From Chromatiales bacterium (GTDB taxonomy: Bacteria > Pseudomonadota > Gammaproteobacteria > Steroidobacterales > GCA-2729495), in NCBI GenBank assembly GCA_018699155.1, contig JABIQA010000167.1, positions 6,699-70,698 of the forward strand: a DNA stretch of 64,000 nucleotides. The letters run 5' to 3'. Below, piece by piece: positions 41,713-49,393 of the stretch. The translations under genes and the position numbers were made by a program. Every line of letters begins with the position of its first letter. The first letter of the stretch is position 1. A model generated the notes under the pieces. That model was not told the DNA's origin. It saw only the letters and a list, made by a program, of their open reading frames with translations, and ran no database searches.

Positions 41713-42279
41713 ATGCGCATCACCGACCACCGCTACAACGGCGAAATCGAACGTTTCAACCTGGCTGTCCGAATGATTGGGCACGAGGCTCGTACCGGCA
41801 CTATTCGAAAATGCACAGGCTTCACCGAGGACAGGATCCGCAAAATTTACGGCAGTTATTTTAAATCTAACGCCGACAATGTCATCAAACGGCGGCGCGG
41901 TAAATCACCCACCCAAGTCAGTATTTTTATTAATACCAACAAACACCAATTCGAATCAACGGTGCTGGCATGTTTGTTTGTCATGTGCGGAGTCGTGGCT
42001 TTCGATACTAAAGGCATGCCGTCAACCACCTGCGGGCTTGATAAAGTCGGTGTGGGACAGCGCCTCTGTGAGGCTTTCGAACGTTATCGACAATTGCACC
42101 CGAACCCTAATTTCACATTCGAAAAAGCATGGGGGCTATTCAACGCATTGACTCAAGCCAATGAACTGATCCTGTCCAATTGTGAAAGCTGCAATGGCAA
42201 GTATATTCATGACAGATACGCGCTTAACTATCACTTCTGTGCCAGCTGCGAATTGCTCGATGCGGCTGTGCGGATGTAA
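41713..42279 (+). CDS. FlhC-family transcriptional activator homolog
   Basis: 188 aa. The N-terminal NLAVRMIGHEARTGTI...TEDRIRKIYG corresponds to FlhC LAMELITLGARLQML...SRGRLIKLYK. The central AWGLF corresponds to AWTLV. The Cys4 zinc site C-x2-C-x15-C-x2-C (SNCESCNGKY...HFCASCEL) corresponds to the FlhC C-x2-C-x16-C-x2-C site. Confidence 0.7.
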   Translation: MRITDHRYNGEIERFNLAVRMIGHEARTGTIRKCTGFTEDRIRKIYGSYFKSNADNVIKRRRGKSPTQVSIFINTNKHQFESTVLACLFVMCGVVAFDTKGMPSTTCGLDKVGVGQRLCEAFERYRQLHPNPNFTFEKAWGLFNALTQANELILSNCESCNGKYIHDRYALNYHFCASCELLDAAVRM

Positions 42280-42311
42280 AGTAACTATTCCTTTATGCAT
42301 TGGCAGGGTTA

Positions 42312-43259
42312 ATGGATCGTATTCAAACCTATTTTTCAGGCGGTTCCATCGATCGTATGAGCGCTCTGCGCAAAGATGAGCAATCTCTGCAACGGTTATT
42401 GGGACAGCCCAGCACTTACCTGTTGCCGGTATCGGAGGGCGAGGTGCTTGTCCGCGATGGAAAGCCCGCATTGCTTGGGTTTCCGGATATTGCTATCGCC
42501 ACGCATCAGCAAGTTCCGACGCTCGAGCAACTGGTGTATCTGGGGCGCATCTCCGATCAGGACCTTTTCGCATTTAACACCCGCTCGAGCAATGGCTTCA
42601 GTGTGCCCCAAAACTGTACGTTTCTTAGCGGACGCGAGCTCATGGGTAGCGTAGACAGAGAGTCGGCATCACTATTGGCTTATGCCCGCGGCATTCTTAA
42701 TTGGCATGATAGCCACCGGTTCTGCGGTCATTGTGGCGCTCCCAACCGCAGCACTGAGGGCGGCTTCGTTATGAAGTGCTCGGTATGTGATCAACGCAGC
42801 TTTCCGAGACTCGATCCGGCAATCATCGTATTGGTCGTCCACGATAATCGCTGTTTGCTGGGACGCCAGGCGGCATGGCCGGAGCAAAGGTTTTCGACCA
42901 TAGCCGGCTTTGCTGAGCCGGGTGAGAACCTCGAAGATGCAGTCAGACGTGAAGTGCTTGAAGAAACGAACGTGAGGGTAGGCAGCTGTGACTACCTTGC
43001 ATCTCAACCCTGGCCCTTTCCCTCAGCGCTAATGATTGGATTCCATGCAGAAGGCCTGTCCACCGACATCAAGCTCAACGATGCAGAGCTCATTGAGGCC
43101 GGCTGGTTCAGCCGGGAAGATCTCCGCAGCAGCGCAATTGTTCTGCCGCCACGGCAATCCATCGCCTTTGAGCTAATTGCGGCCTGGCATGACTTGCACA
43201 GCGATATCCGGCTCGGTGAGCTCCCCGCATCAGCGGAATTCAACGCGCCCAGCGCCTAA
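42312..43259 (+). CDS. nudC: NAD-capped RNA hydrolase / NADH pyrophosphatase
   Basis: It has the zinc ribbon FCGHCGAP...KCSVCDQRSFPR and the Nudix box GFAEPGENLEDAVRREVLEETNV followed by SQPWPFP. The start was chosen at the ATG at 42312; the longest ORF begins at the TTG at 42300. Confidence 0.85.
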   Translation: MDRIQTYFSGGSIDRMSALRKDEQSLQRLLGQPSTYLLPVSEGEVLVRDGKPALLGFPDIAIATHQQVPTLEQLVYLGRISDQDLFAFNTRSSNGFSVPQNCTFLSGRELMGSVDRESASLLAYARGILNWHDSHRFCGHCGAPNRSTEGGFVMKCSVCDQRSFPRLDPAIIVLVVHDNRCLLGRQAAWPEQRFSTIAGFAEPGENLEDAVRREVLEETNVRVGSCDYLASQPWPFPSALMIGFHAEGLSTDIKLNDAELIEAGWFSREDLRSSAIVLPPRQSIAFELIAAWHDLHSDIRLGELPASAEFNAPSA

Positions 43260-43284
43260 GCCCCCAATTGTCAGCACAGGTCGC

Positions 43285-43313
43285 TTGACAGAGAGACGAT
43301 TCATCAATAATAT
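43285..43313 (+). promoter_or_regulatory. Near-consensus sigma-70 promoter of the arg operon
   Basis: TTGACA (43285-43290), a 17-nt spacer, then TAATAT (43308-43313). The predicted transcription start is around 43320. Confidence 0.5.
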
Positions 43314-43355
43314 GCGCATATGATTTTTCTTATGCGCATATTATTGATGAATCGT
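43296..43355. promoter_or_regulatory. Perfect 25-bp inverted repeat (probable ArgR operator)
   Basis: ACGATTCATCAATAATATGCGCATA, a 10-nt spacer (TGATTTTTCT), then TATGCGCATATTATTGATGAATCGT. I checked by hand that the arms are exact reverse complements. Each arm contains the 10-bp palindrome TATGCGCATA and an ATTCA/TGAAT element. The left arm overlaps the -10 region. The right arm ends 1 nt before the argR ATG. Confidence 0.6.
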
Positions 43356-43356
43356 T

Positions 43357-43812
43357 ATGCCTACAACGACTGATATACGCGAAAAACGGCGTCAGGCGAT
43401 TCTGGAGATTATTTCGCAGGAATCCGTCGCACGGCAGTCGGTACTCGTGGAAAAGCTTCAGGCAGATGGGTTTCAGGCCACTCAATCAAGTGTGAGTCGT
43501 GATCTGCGCGAAATGAATATCACCAAGAATGGCCAGAATTATGCAGCGCCGCAGAACACCAGCGAGGTCTCACAAGGGCTAATGGATATGCCGGTTGGCT
43601 TTGTCCGGCAACTCGATACCGCTGGAGCCAACATCACTGTCATCAAGACGGCAGTGGGGGCGGCGCAACGGGTTGCTGTTTTTCTGGACCGCAGCGAATG
43701 GCCTGAGATAGTAGGTACTATTTCAGGCGATGACACTATTTTTATTGCCACGCGTGATGCACGCGAGCAAAAAGCTCTGCTCGTCAAACTGCAAAGCAGT
43801 TTGACGATTTAA
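43357..43812 (+). CDS. argR: Arginine repressor (ArgR/AhrC family)
   Basis: 151 aa. It has a winged-helix N-terminus (..QSSVSRDLREM..) and the C-terminal oligomerisation/arginine-binding motif GTISGDDTIFIA. Confidence 0.85.
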   Translation: MPTTTDIREKRRQAILEIISQESVARQSVLVEKLQADGFQATQSSVSRDLREMNITKNGQNYAAPQNTSEVSQGLMDMPVGFVRQLDTAGANITVIKTAVGAAQRVAVFLDRSEWPEIVGTISGDDTIFIATRDAREQKALLVKLQSSLTI

Positions 43813-43831
43813 CCACCAGGAATTACGCCGC

Positions 43832-45049
43832 ATGACTACAAGTAATAATTCATCACCCATCCTTCTGGCTTATTCAGGCGGACTCGACACTTCGTTCTGT
43901 GTGCCCTGGCTGAAAGAGACCTATGGTCGCCCAGTGATTACCGCCTGTGTGAATACCGGCGGCCTTGATGCTGCGGCTGCAAAAAGTCTTGAAGACCGGG
44001 CAATGGCACTCGGCGCAACCGAGCATGTGCTTATTGAAGCCCGTGATATTTTCTTTCACCGGGTTTTGAAATACCTGATTGCGGGTAATGTCCGCCGTGG
44101 TCAGCTGTACCCGATGTGCGTGGGCGCCGAACGCGGCATTCAGGCAACCTTGCTGGCCGAGCTCGCTAAAAAGCGCGGCACAACTACTGTTGCACATGGC
44201 TGTACGGCCGCAGGTAATGACCAGGTTCGCTTTGAAGTTGCACTGAAAACCATCAACCCTGATTTGGAAATTATTGCGCCGGTGCGTGACCAATCCTTCG
44301 TCCGCGAAGAACAGGTTACTTACTTGCAAGCAGGCAACTACCCAATGCCGCCATCTGGCGCTAAGTACTCTATTAACCGTGGCTTATGGGGCGTTAGTAT
44401 TGGCGGGAAAGAAACGCTGACGTCAGCAAACACTATCCCTGAAGACGCGTGGGTGCTTTCTTCCGGTGCTTTCGACAAGCCAAATACCCCACAGGAACTG
44501 GTCATCGGTTTTGAGGAAGGGGTGCCTGTAACAATCAATGGGGAAAAGCTTACACCGGTTAATCTGATCGAGAAGCTGGAGACTATTGCAGGTGCTTATG
44601 GCATCGGTCGTGGCATTCACCTCGGTGATACTGTGCTGGGCACCAAGGGCCGTGTAGCTTTCGAGGCGCCTGCAGCAGAAGTTCTTCTCACAGCGCATCG
44701 TGAACTTGAAAAGCTGGTACTCAGTTCTTTGCAGATGAGCATTAAAGAAGGTGTCTCGCTCAACTATGGCAACTTCGTGCATGAAGGTAAGCAGCTTGAT
44801 CCGGTATGCCGTGACATCGAAGCATTGTTAGAGTCTTCACAACAACGCGTCACCGGCACCGTCAAATTAAAACTGCGCCCCGGCAACTTGTTCGTGGAGG
44901 GCGTTGAATCAGCTTACTCACTAATGGCGGCAACCAAAGGCGTGTATGGCGAGGCTGCTGGCGAATGGACTCCGCGCGATGCCTTGGGGTACTCAACCGT
45001 ATTATCACTTTCCGGAATGCTACAAACTCGGGCAGGACAAAAAAAATGA
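43832..45049 (+). CDS. argG: Argininosuccinate synthase
   Basis: 405 aa. It has the ATP pyrophosphatase motif AYSGGLDTS and the sequences GCTAAGNDQVRFE and NRGLWG. Confidence 0.95.
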   Translation: MTTSNNSSPILLAYSGGLDTSFCVPWLKETYGRPVITACVNTGGLDAAAAKSLEDRAMALGATEHVLIEARDIFFHRVLKYLIAGNVRRGQLYPMCVGAERGIQATLLAELAKKRGTTTVAHGCTAAGNDQVRFEVALKTINPDLEIIAPVRDQSFVREEQVTYLQAGNYPMPPSGAKYSINRGLWGVSIGGKETLTSANTIPEDAWVLSSGAFDKPNTPQELVIGFEEGVPVTINGEKLTPVNLIEKLETIAGAYGIGRGIHLGDTVLGTKGRVAFEAPAAEVLLTAHRELEKLVLSSLQMSIKEGVSLNYGNFVHEGKQLDPVCRDIEALLESSQQRVTGTVKLKLRPGNLFVEGVESAYSLMAATKGVYGEAAGEWTPRDALGYSTVLSLSGMLQTRAGQKK

Positions 45050-46098
45050 AAACTGTACTCGCAGACAAAATCGGATCGGTTGCGCTTCACAAAAGCATCA
45101 GCCAGGAACTCCACCTGAGCCCGGAAATACCGTGCGAGGAAGGCGTGCTTATCGCCGTTGAAGTGCTAAACAATAAAGCCACTTACAACAAACTCGAACT
45201 GATCAGCGGGCGTATGGCACAGCTGAAGCGCGGCGACATCATCGTGGGTGCTCTCGGGCACCGAAATGCGTTGTTTGGCTACTCCGGTCACTTGCCAGAA
45301 ACTGTAAAACCCGGCGACATTTTGCAGCTATTGAATATTGGTGGCGTGATTGGCGTTTGCGATTCTATTAATGCCAATTTCGGCCAACCTTTTGAGGGCA
45401 AGGTACTAGGCGCCGTGCTCGAGTTTCCGCACTTGGGCGAACGCATCGGCGTTCCTGCCCGTGTTGGTGCGGAAACGCTCAATGGATTACCTCCACTCGA
45501 TACGAAGGGCATACCAATAGTTGCGCTTGCCGGAACCTGTATGGATTCCGGTAAAACAGCAGCCGCATGCGCAATTGTCAGCCGCCTGCGTCACCATGGT
45601 TTAACCATTGATGCCTTCAAGGCGACCGGTGTCGCTTTACGTCGCGACATTCTCGCGATGGAAGATGCTGGTGCACGCAATACAGTTATTTTCAGTGATT
45701 TTGGTGTGGTTGCCAGCTCGGATGAAACGGGACCTGCAGTCACCCGCACGATGCTGAATAAGCTGTGCGCAAAAAAACCCGATGTTGTGGTATTTGAACT
45801 TGGCGATGGCCTACTCGGCTCTTATGGAGTTCAGGCGATTCTGTCGGACAAAGAAATTAAGAAGGCTCTGTCCTGCATTATACTCTGCGCCAATGACCCT
45901 GTAGCGGCATGGGGGGGCGTCAAGCTCATGCAGCAAGATTACAACTTGGACACCAGTGTTGTTACAGGCCCCGCTACGGATAACCAGGTCGGTAAAAAAT
46001 TGATCAACAACCGTTTAAATGTGCCGGCATGGAATGCGCTGACCGACAGCACTGAGCTCGGCGATGAGGTCATCAACATTCTTAAATTGGGTAAATAG
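45046..46098 (+). CDS. Uncharacterised 350-aa protein with a BioD/CobQ-like P-loop, embedded in the arginine operon
   Basis: The ATG at 45046 overlaps the argG TGA (ATGA). The upstream part of the tracked ORF lies inside argG and is discarded. The motif GT-x4-GKT (LAGTCMDSGKTAAA, residues 163-171) has the same spacing as BioD GTDTEVGKT. I do not recognise the N-terminal 150 aa. argC follows 45 nt later. Confidence 0.8.
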   Translation: MKTVLADKIGSVALHKSISQELHLSPEIPCEEGVLIAVEVLNNKATYNKLELISGRMAQLKRGDIIVGALGHRNALFGYSGHLPETVKPGDILQLLNIGGVIGVCDSINANFGQPFEGKVLGAVLEFPHLGERIGVPARVGAETLNGLPPLDTKGIPIVALAGTCMDSGKTAAACAIVSRLRHHGLTIDAFKATGVALRRDILAMEDAGARNTVIFSDFGVVASSDETGPAVTRTMLNKLCAKKPDVVVFELGDGLLGSYGVQAILSDKEIKKALSCIILCANDPVAAWGGVKLMQQDYNLDTSVVTGPATDNQVGKKLINNRLNVPAWNALTDSTELGDEVINILKLGK

Positions 46099-46143
46099 CA
46101 TAAGATTTTGCGGCCCTGAAGTAGGTTGCATTGGAATAAGGTC

Positions 46144-47190
46144 ATGAGTGATACAGTTAAAACAGTGGTCATTGGCAGCTCCGGTTATGTCGGCGGAGAA
46201 CTGCTGCGTCTGATAGCCGGGCACCCGCAACTGGAGCTCGTAGCTGCAGTATCTGAGTCAAATTCCGGAACACCCATCAATAGTGTGTTTCCACATTTGC
46301 ATAATGCGCTTGGTGAGCAATGTTTTATTGGTCCGGCTGAATTGCAACAACATTTGCACGGCAAAATAGCAATATTTTCGGCCGCACCGCATGGGGCAAG
46401 CGCAGGCATGATTGCCGATGTTCTGGCACAGGCCAAGAACGCCGATGTAAATATTGTCGATGTGTCTGCGGACTTCCGCTTCGCCGATAGCGCCAGTTAC
46501 TCTGCTGTTTATGGCGAACACGGCGCTCCGGATTTGCTCGATCAGTTTGTCTGTGGACTGCCGGAACACATGCCAAACACCGAGCACCCGAACGTGGGCC
46601 ATCCCGGATGTTTTGCTACCGCCATGCTGCTTGGGGCTGTGCCACTGCTGCAGTTGGACCTAATCGAGCCCGAACTGAATGCCTTTGGCATTACCGGCAG
46701 CACCGGTTCCGGTCAGGCGCCATCTACTGGCACACATCATCCGGTACGCAACTCGAATCTGTATGCCTATAAGCCACTTGAACATCGTCATGCGCCTGAG
46801 GTTGTTGCTATTTGCAAAGCCCTAACCGGCAAAGACAGCACGCTCAACTTTATCCCTCACTCAGGACCGTTTGCGCGAGGAATTCACATGACGATTCAGG
46901 CTAAATTGAAACAACCCCGGACGACCGAAGACCTGGTTGCAGAGTTCACTGACTTTTATAACCATAACGAGTTTGTCACTGTGGTGAGCGGTCAGCCAAA
47001 GCTGAAAGATGTTACGTGCAGCAATTATTCACAGATCGGCCTTGCCACTAACGGGGATTCAGTGGTGGTATTTACGGTCATCGACAATCTAATTAAAGGT
47101 GCCGCTGGCGGTGCAGTCCAATGGATGAATCGCAAACTGGGCTTTGATGAGACACTGGGTCTGACAACACCCGGAAGTGGCTGGGGCTGA
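46144..47190 (+). CDS. argC: N-acyl-gamma-glutamyl-phosphate reductase
   Basis: The start is trimmed to the ATG at 46144 (MSDTVKTVVIGSSGYVGGELLRL). The catalytic Cys motif GHPGCFAT and the C-terminal DNLIKGAAG are present. Confidence 0.9.
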   Translation: MSDTVKTVVIGSSGYVGGELLRLIAGHPQLELVAAVSESNSGTPINSVFPHLHNALGEQCFIGPAELQQHLHGKIAIFSAAPHGASAGMIADVLAQAKNADVNIVDVSADFRFADSASYSAVYGEHGAPDLLDQFVCGLPEHMPNTEHPNVGHPGCFATAMLLGAVPLLQLDLIEPELNAFGITGSTGSGQAPSTGTHHPVRNSNLYAYKPLEHRHAPEVVAICKALTGKDSTLNFIPHSGPFARGIHMTIQAKLKQPRTTEDLVAEFTDFYNHNEFVTVVSGQPKLKDVTCSNYSQIGLATNGDSVVVFTVIDNLIKGAAGGAVQWMNRKLGFDETLGLTTPGSGWG

Positions 47191-47194
47191 GAAC

Positions 47195-48358
47195 ATGGGC
47201 AACATTAAAAATATGGCGCAGCAGGCCGAAGCCGAACACCTATTGCAGGTCTATGCGCAGTGGAGTTTTGAGCCGGTGTCGGCCAAAGGTGTGCATATTC
47301 AGTGTAAAGATGTTGAATTGCTTGACCTCTATGGCGGTCATGCTGTCGCTGCACTTGGCTACAGTCACCCCGCCTTGGTTAAAGCGCTGGAACATCAGGC
47401 CAACACTCTGTTCTTTCAGAGCAATGCTGTCGCGCTTGATGTACGCGCAGAGGCTGCGCGCAAGCTTGCGGCTTTTGCCCCTGAATCCATGAATCATGTG
47501 TTTCTGGTTAATAGTGGTGCTGAAGCCAATGAGAATGCACTGCGCATTGCTATTAAACACACCAATCGCGGCAAGGTGGTGGCTATCGAACATGGCTTCC
47601 ACGGACGTACTGCAGCGGCAGGTGCCTGCACCTGGGGCGCAAAAGATAACTGGTATGCCTTCCCGAACACTCCATTTGCGGTCGATTTTCTGCCAAGAGA
47701 TGAGGTTAGTGCTATCGATTCTTGCATCGATAAAGATACTGCAGCCGTAATTCTGGAACCCATACAAGGTGTCGCTGGTGCCTACGACCTAAGTACTGAC
47801 TTTGTTCAAGGCATTGCTGAACGCTGCAAAGCCGTTGGCGCACTATTGATTGTGGATGAGGTACAAACCGGTATTGGTCGCTGCGGCAGTGCCTTTGCAA
47901 TTGAGCTGTATGACGTTACGCCGGACATCATCACCACAGCCAAAGCGCTGGGTGGCGGGTTTCCCGTTGGCGCAGTAATTGTGGCGGAGCATCTTAAAGA
48001 CGCTGTTCACAATGGCGACCTTGGCAGCACCTTCGGTGGTGGCCCACTCGCCTGCGCCATGATTTCTGCGGTGATTGATATCATCAACAAGGAAAACCTA
48101 ATAGCCAACGTGTGCGAGCAAGCGGCATTCTTGCGCGCCAATCTGCCAATAGGGCCGGTGGTTGCCATTCAGGGCAAAGGTTTTCTTACCGGATTAATCT
48201 GCGACCGGCCAGCAAAAGAAGTGGCCGCGGAACTAATGAAAAGAAACATACTGGTAGGCAGCAGTTCTGACCCTAAAGTGGTCCGTCTATTGCCGCCATT
48301 GACGCTGCAACGCAAGCATATACAACAACTGCTCGATGCTTTGGTAGATATTAAATAG
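47195..48358 (+). CDS. argD: N-acyl-ornithine aminotransferase (class III PLP aminotransferase)
   Basis: It has NSGAEANE, DEVQTGIGRCG and the PLP-lysine context ITTAKALGGGFP. The start was chosen at the ATG at 47195; the ATG at 47213 is also possible. Confidence 0.85.
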   Translation: MGNIKNMAQQAEAEHLLQVYAQWSFEPVSAKGVHIQCKDVELLDLYGGHAVAALGYSHPALVKALEHQANTLFFQSNAVALDVRAEAARKLAAFAPESMNHVFLVNSGAEANENALRIAIKHTNRGKVVAIEHGFHGRTAAAGACTWGAKDNWYAFPNTPFAVDFLPRDEVSAIDSCIDKDTAAVILEPIQGVAGAYDLSTDFVQGIAERCKAVGALLIVDEVQTGIGRCGSAFAIELYDVTPDIITTAKALGGGFPVGAVIVAEHLKDAVHNGDLGSTFGGGPLACAMISAVIDIINKENLIANVCEQAAFLRANLPIGPVVAIQGKGFLTGLICDRPAKEVAAELMKRNILVGSSSDPKVVRLLPPLTLQRKHIQQLLDALVDIK

Positions 48359-48385
48359 CCTGACTCAATCCACAAGGTAATGATT

Positions 48386-49390
48386 ATGAAAGAGTTTCAA
48401 GATCTGGCCCTGATTACTCCGGAAGAAGTAGAAAACCTGCTGTCTCTCGCTCGGCGCTTAGAAACGCACCCAGAACCACGGGCTTTGGAAGGAAAGATTC
48501 TGGCGCTGCTGTTCCTGAACCCTTCGCTGCGCACACTGGCTTCGTTCCAGGCGGCAATGGGTCGATTGGGAGGCAACTCGTTTGTCATCTCACCGGACAT
48601 GTCTATTCACGGATTAGAAACACGTCGCGGTATCGTGATGGATGGACAAGCAGCCGAACATATTCGGGAAGCTATTCCCGTTATCGCGTCATACGCCGAT
48701 GCACTTGGTATCCGGGCATTCGCTGAACGCGAAGAACTTGACCATGATCTGGCCGACAAAGATTACATGGCATTCCGCGAACTGGTGAAGATACCGCTCA
48801 TCAACATGGAATCTGCTATCAATCATCCCTGCCAGAGTCTGGCGGACTGGAAAACAATGGACGATCTGGAACTGCCCCGCGCGGGCGGCAAGTTTGTGTT
48901 GAGTTGGGCCTATCACCCACGGGCATTACCACTGGCAGTACCCTCTGCAACAGTGCATATGGCGGCGATGCGCGGTATGGACGTTACCGTGTTGCGGCCA
49001 GAAGGCTTTGAACTGCCTGAAAGTATCATGCAAAAAGCCCGCGATGCGGCGCAGTTCTCCGGAGGCTCAGTAACTGAGACAGATGATAAAGCAGCGGCAC
49101 TGGAAGGTGCGCATGTGATCTATGCAAAATCATGGGCCTCAACAAAACATTATGGCCACCTGCCTAACGATGAAAAGGCGCGGGAAGGATTAAAACATTG
49201 GTGCATTAACAACAGTTGGTTTGACACCACGCAGAAAGATGCTCGCTTTATGCATTGCCTGCCGGCAAGACGCGGCATAGTTGTGGCCGATGAAGTTCTG
49301 GATGGGCCACGCAGTGTGGTTATTCCGGAAGCACGTAACAGAATGTATGCACAAATGGCTGTGCTGCATCAAATGCTAGGAACTAAGTAA
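48386..49390 (+). CDS. argF': N-acetyl/N-succinyl-L-ornithine carbamoyltransferase (argF' type, not a canonical OTCase)
   Basis: There is close by-eye similarity to B. fragilis N-succinylornithine transcarbamylase as I recall it: RGIVMDGQAAEHIREAIPVIASYADALGIRAFA corresponds to RGVIMDGDKPEHLLEAIPVMGCYCDIIGVRSFA, and MHCLPARRGIVVADEVLDGPRSVVIPEARNR corresponds to MHCLPVRRNMIVTDDVIESPQSIVIPEAANR. It lacks the OTCase DxxxSMG ornithine loop. The second ATG (48386) is preferred because of SD spacing; the ATG at 48380 is possible. Confidence 0.85.
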   Translation: MKEFQDLALITPEEVENLLSLARRLETHPEPRALEGKILALLFLNPSLRTLASFQAAMGRLGGNSFVISPDMSIHGLETRRGIVMDGQAAEHIREAIPVIASYADALGIRAFAEREELDHDLADKDYMAFRELVKIPLINMESAINHPCQSLADWKTMDDLELPRAGGKFVLSWAYHPRALPLAVPSATVHMAAMRGMDVTVLRPEGFELPESIMQKARDAAQFSGGSVTETDDKAAALEGAHVIYAKSWASTKHYGHLPNDEKAREGLKHWCINNSWFDTTQKDARFMHCLPARRGIVVADEVLDGPRSVVIPEARNRMYAQMAVLHQMLGTK

Positions 49391-49393
49391 CTC

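Noticed and set aside
41649-42151. Alternative-frame ORFs (41649..41864 and 41777..42151) lie within the flhC-like gene.
   Set aside because: They overlap the frame that carries the FlhC-like Cys4 site and N-terminal helices. They are Arg/Pro/Ser-rich out-of-frame translations.
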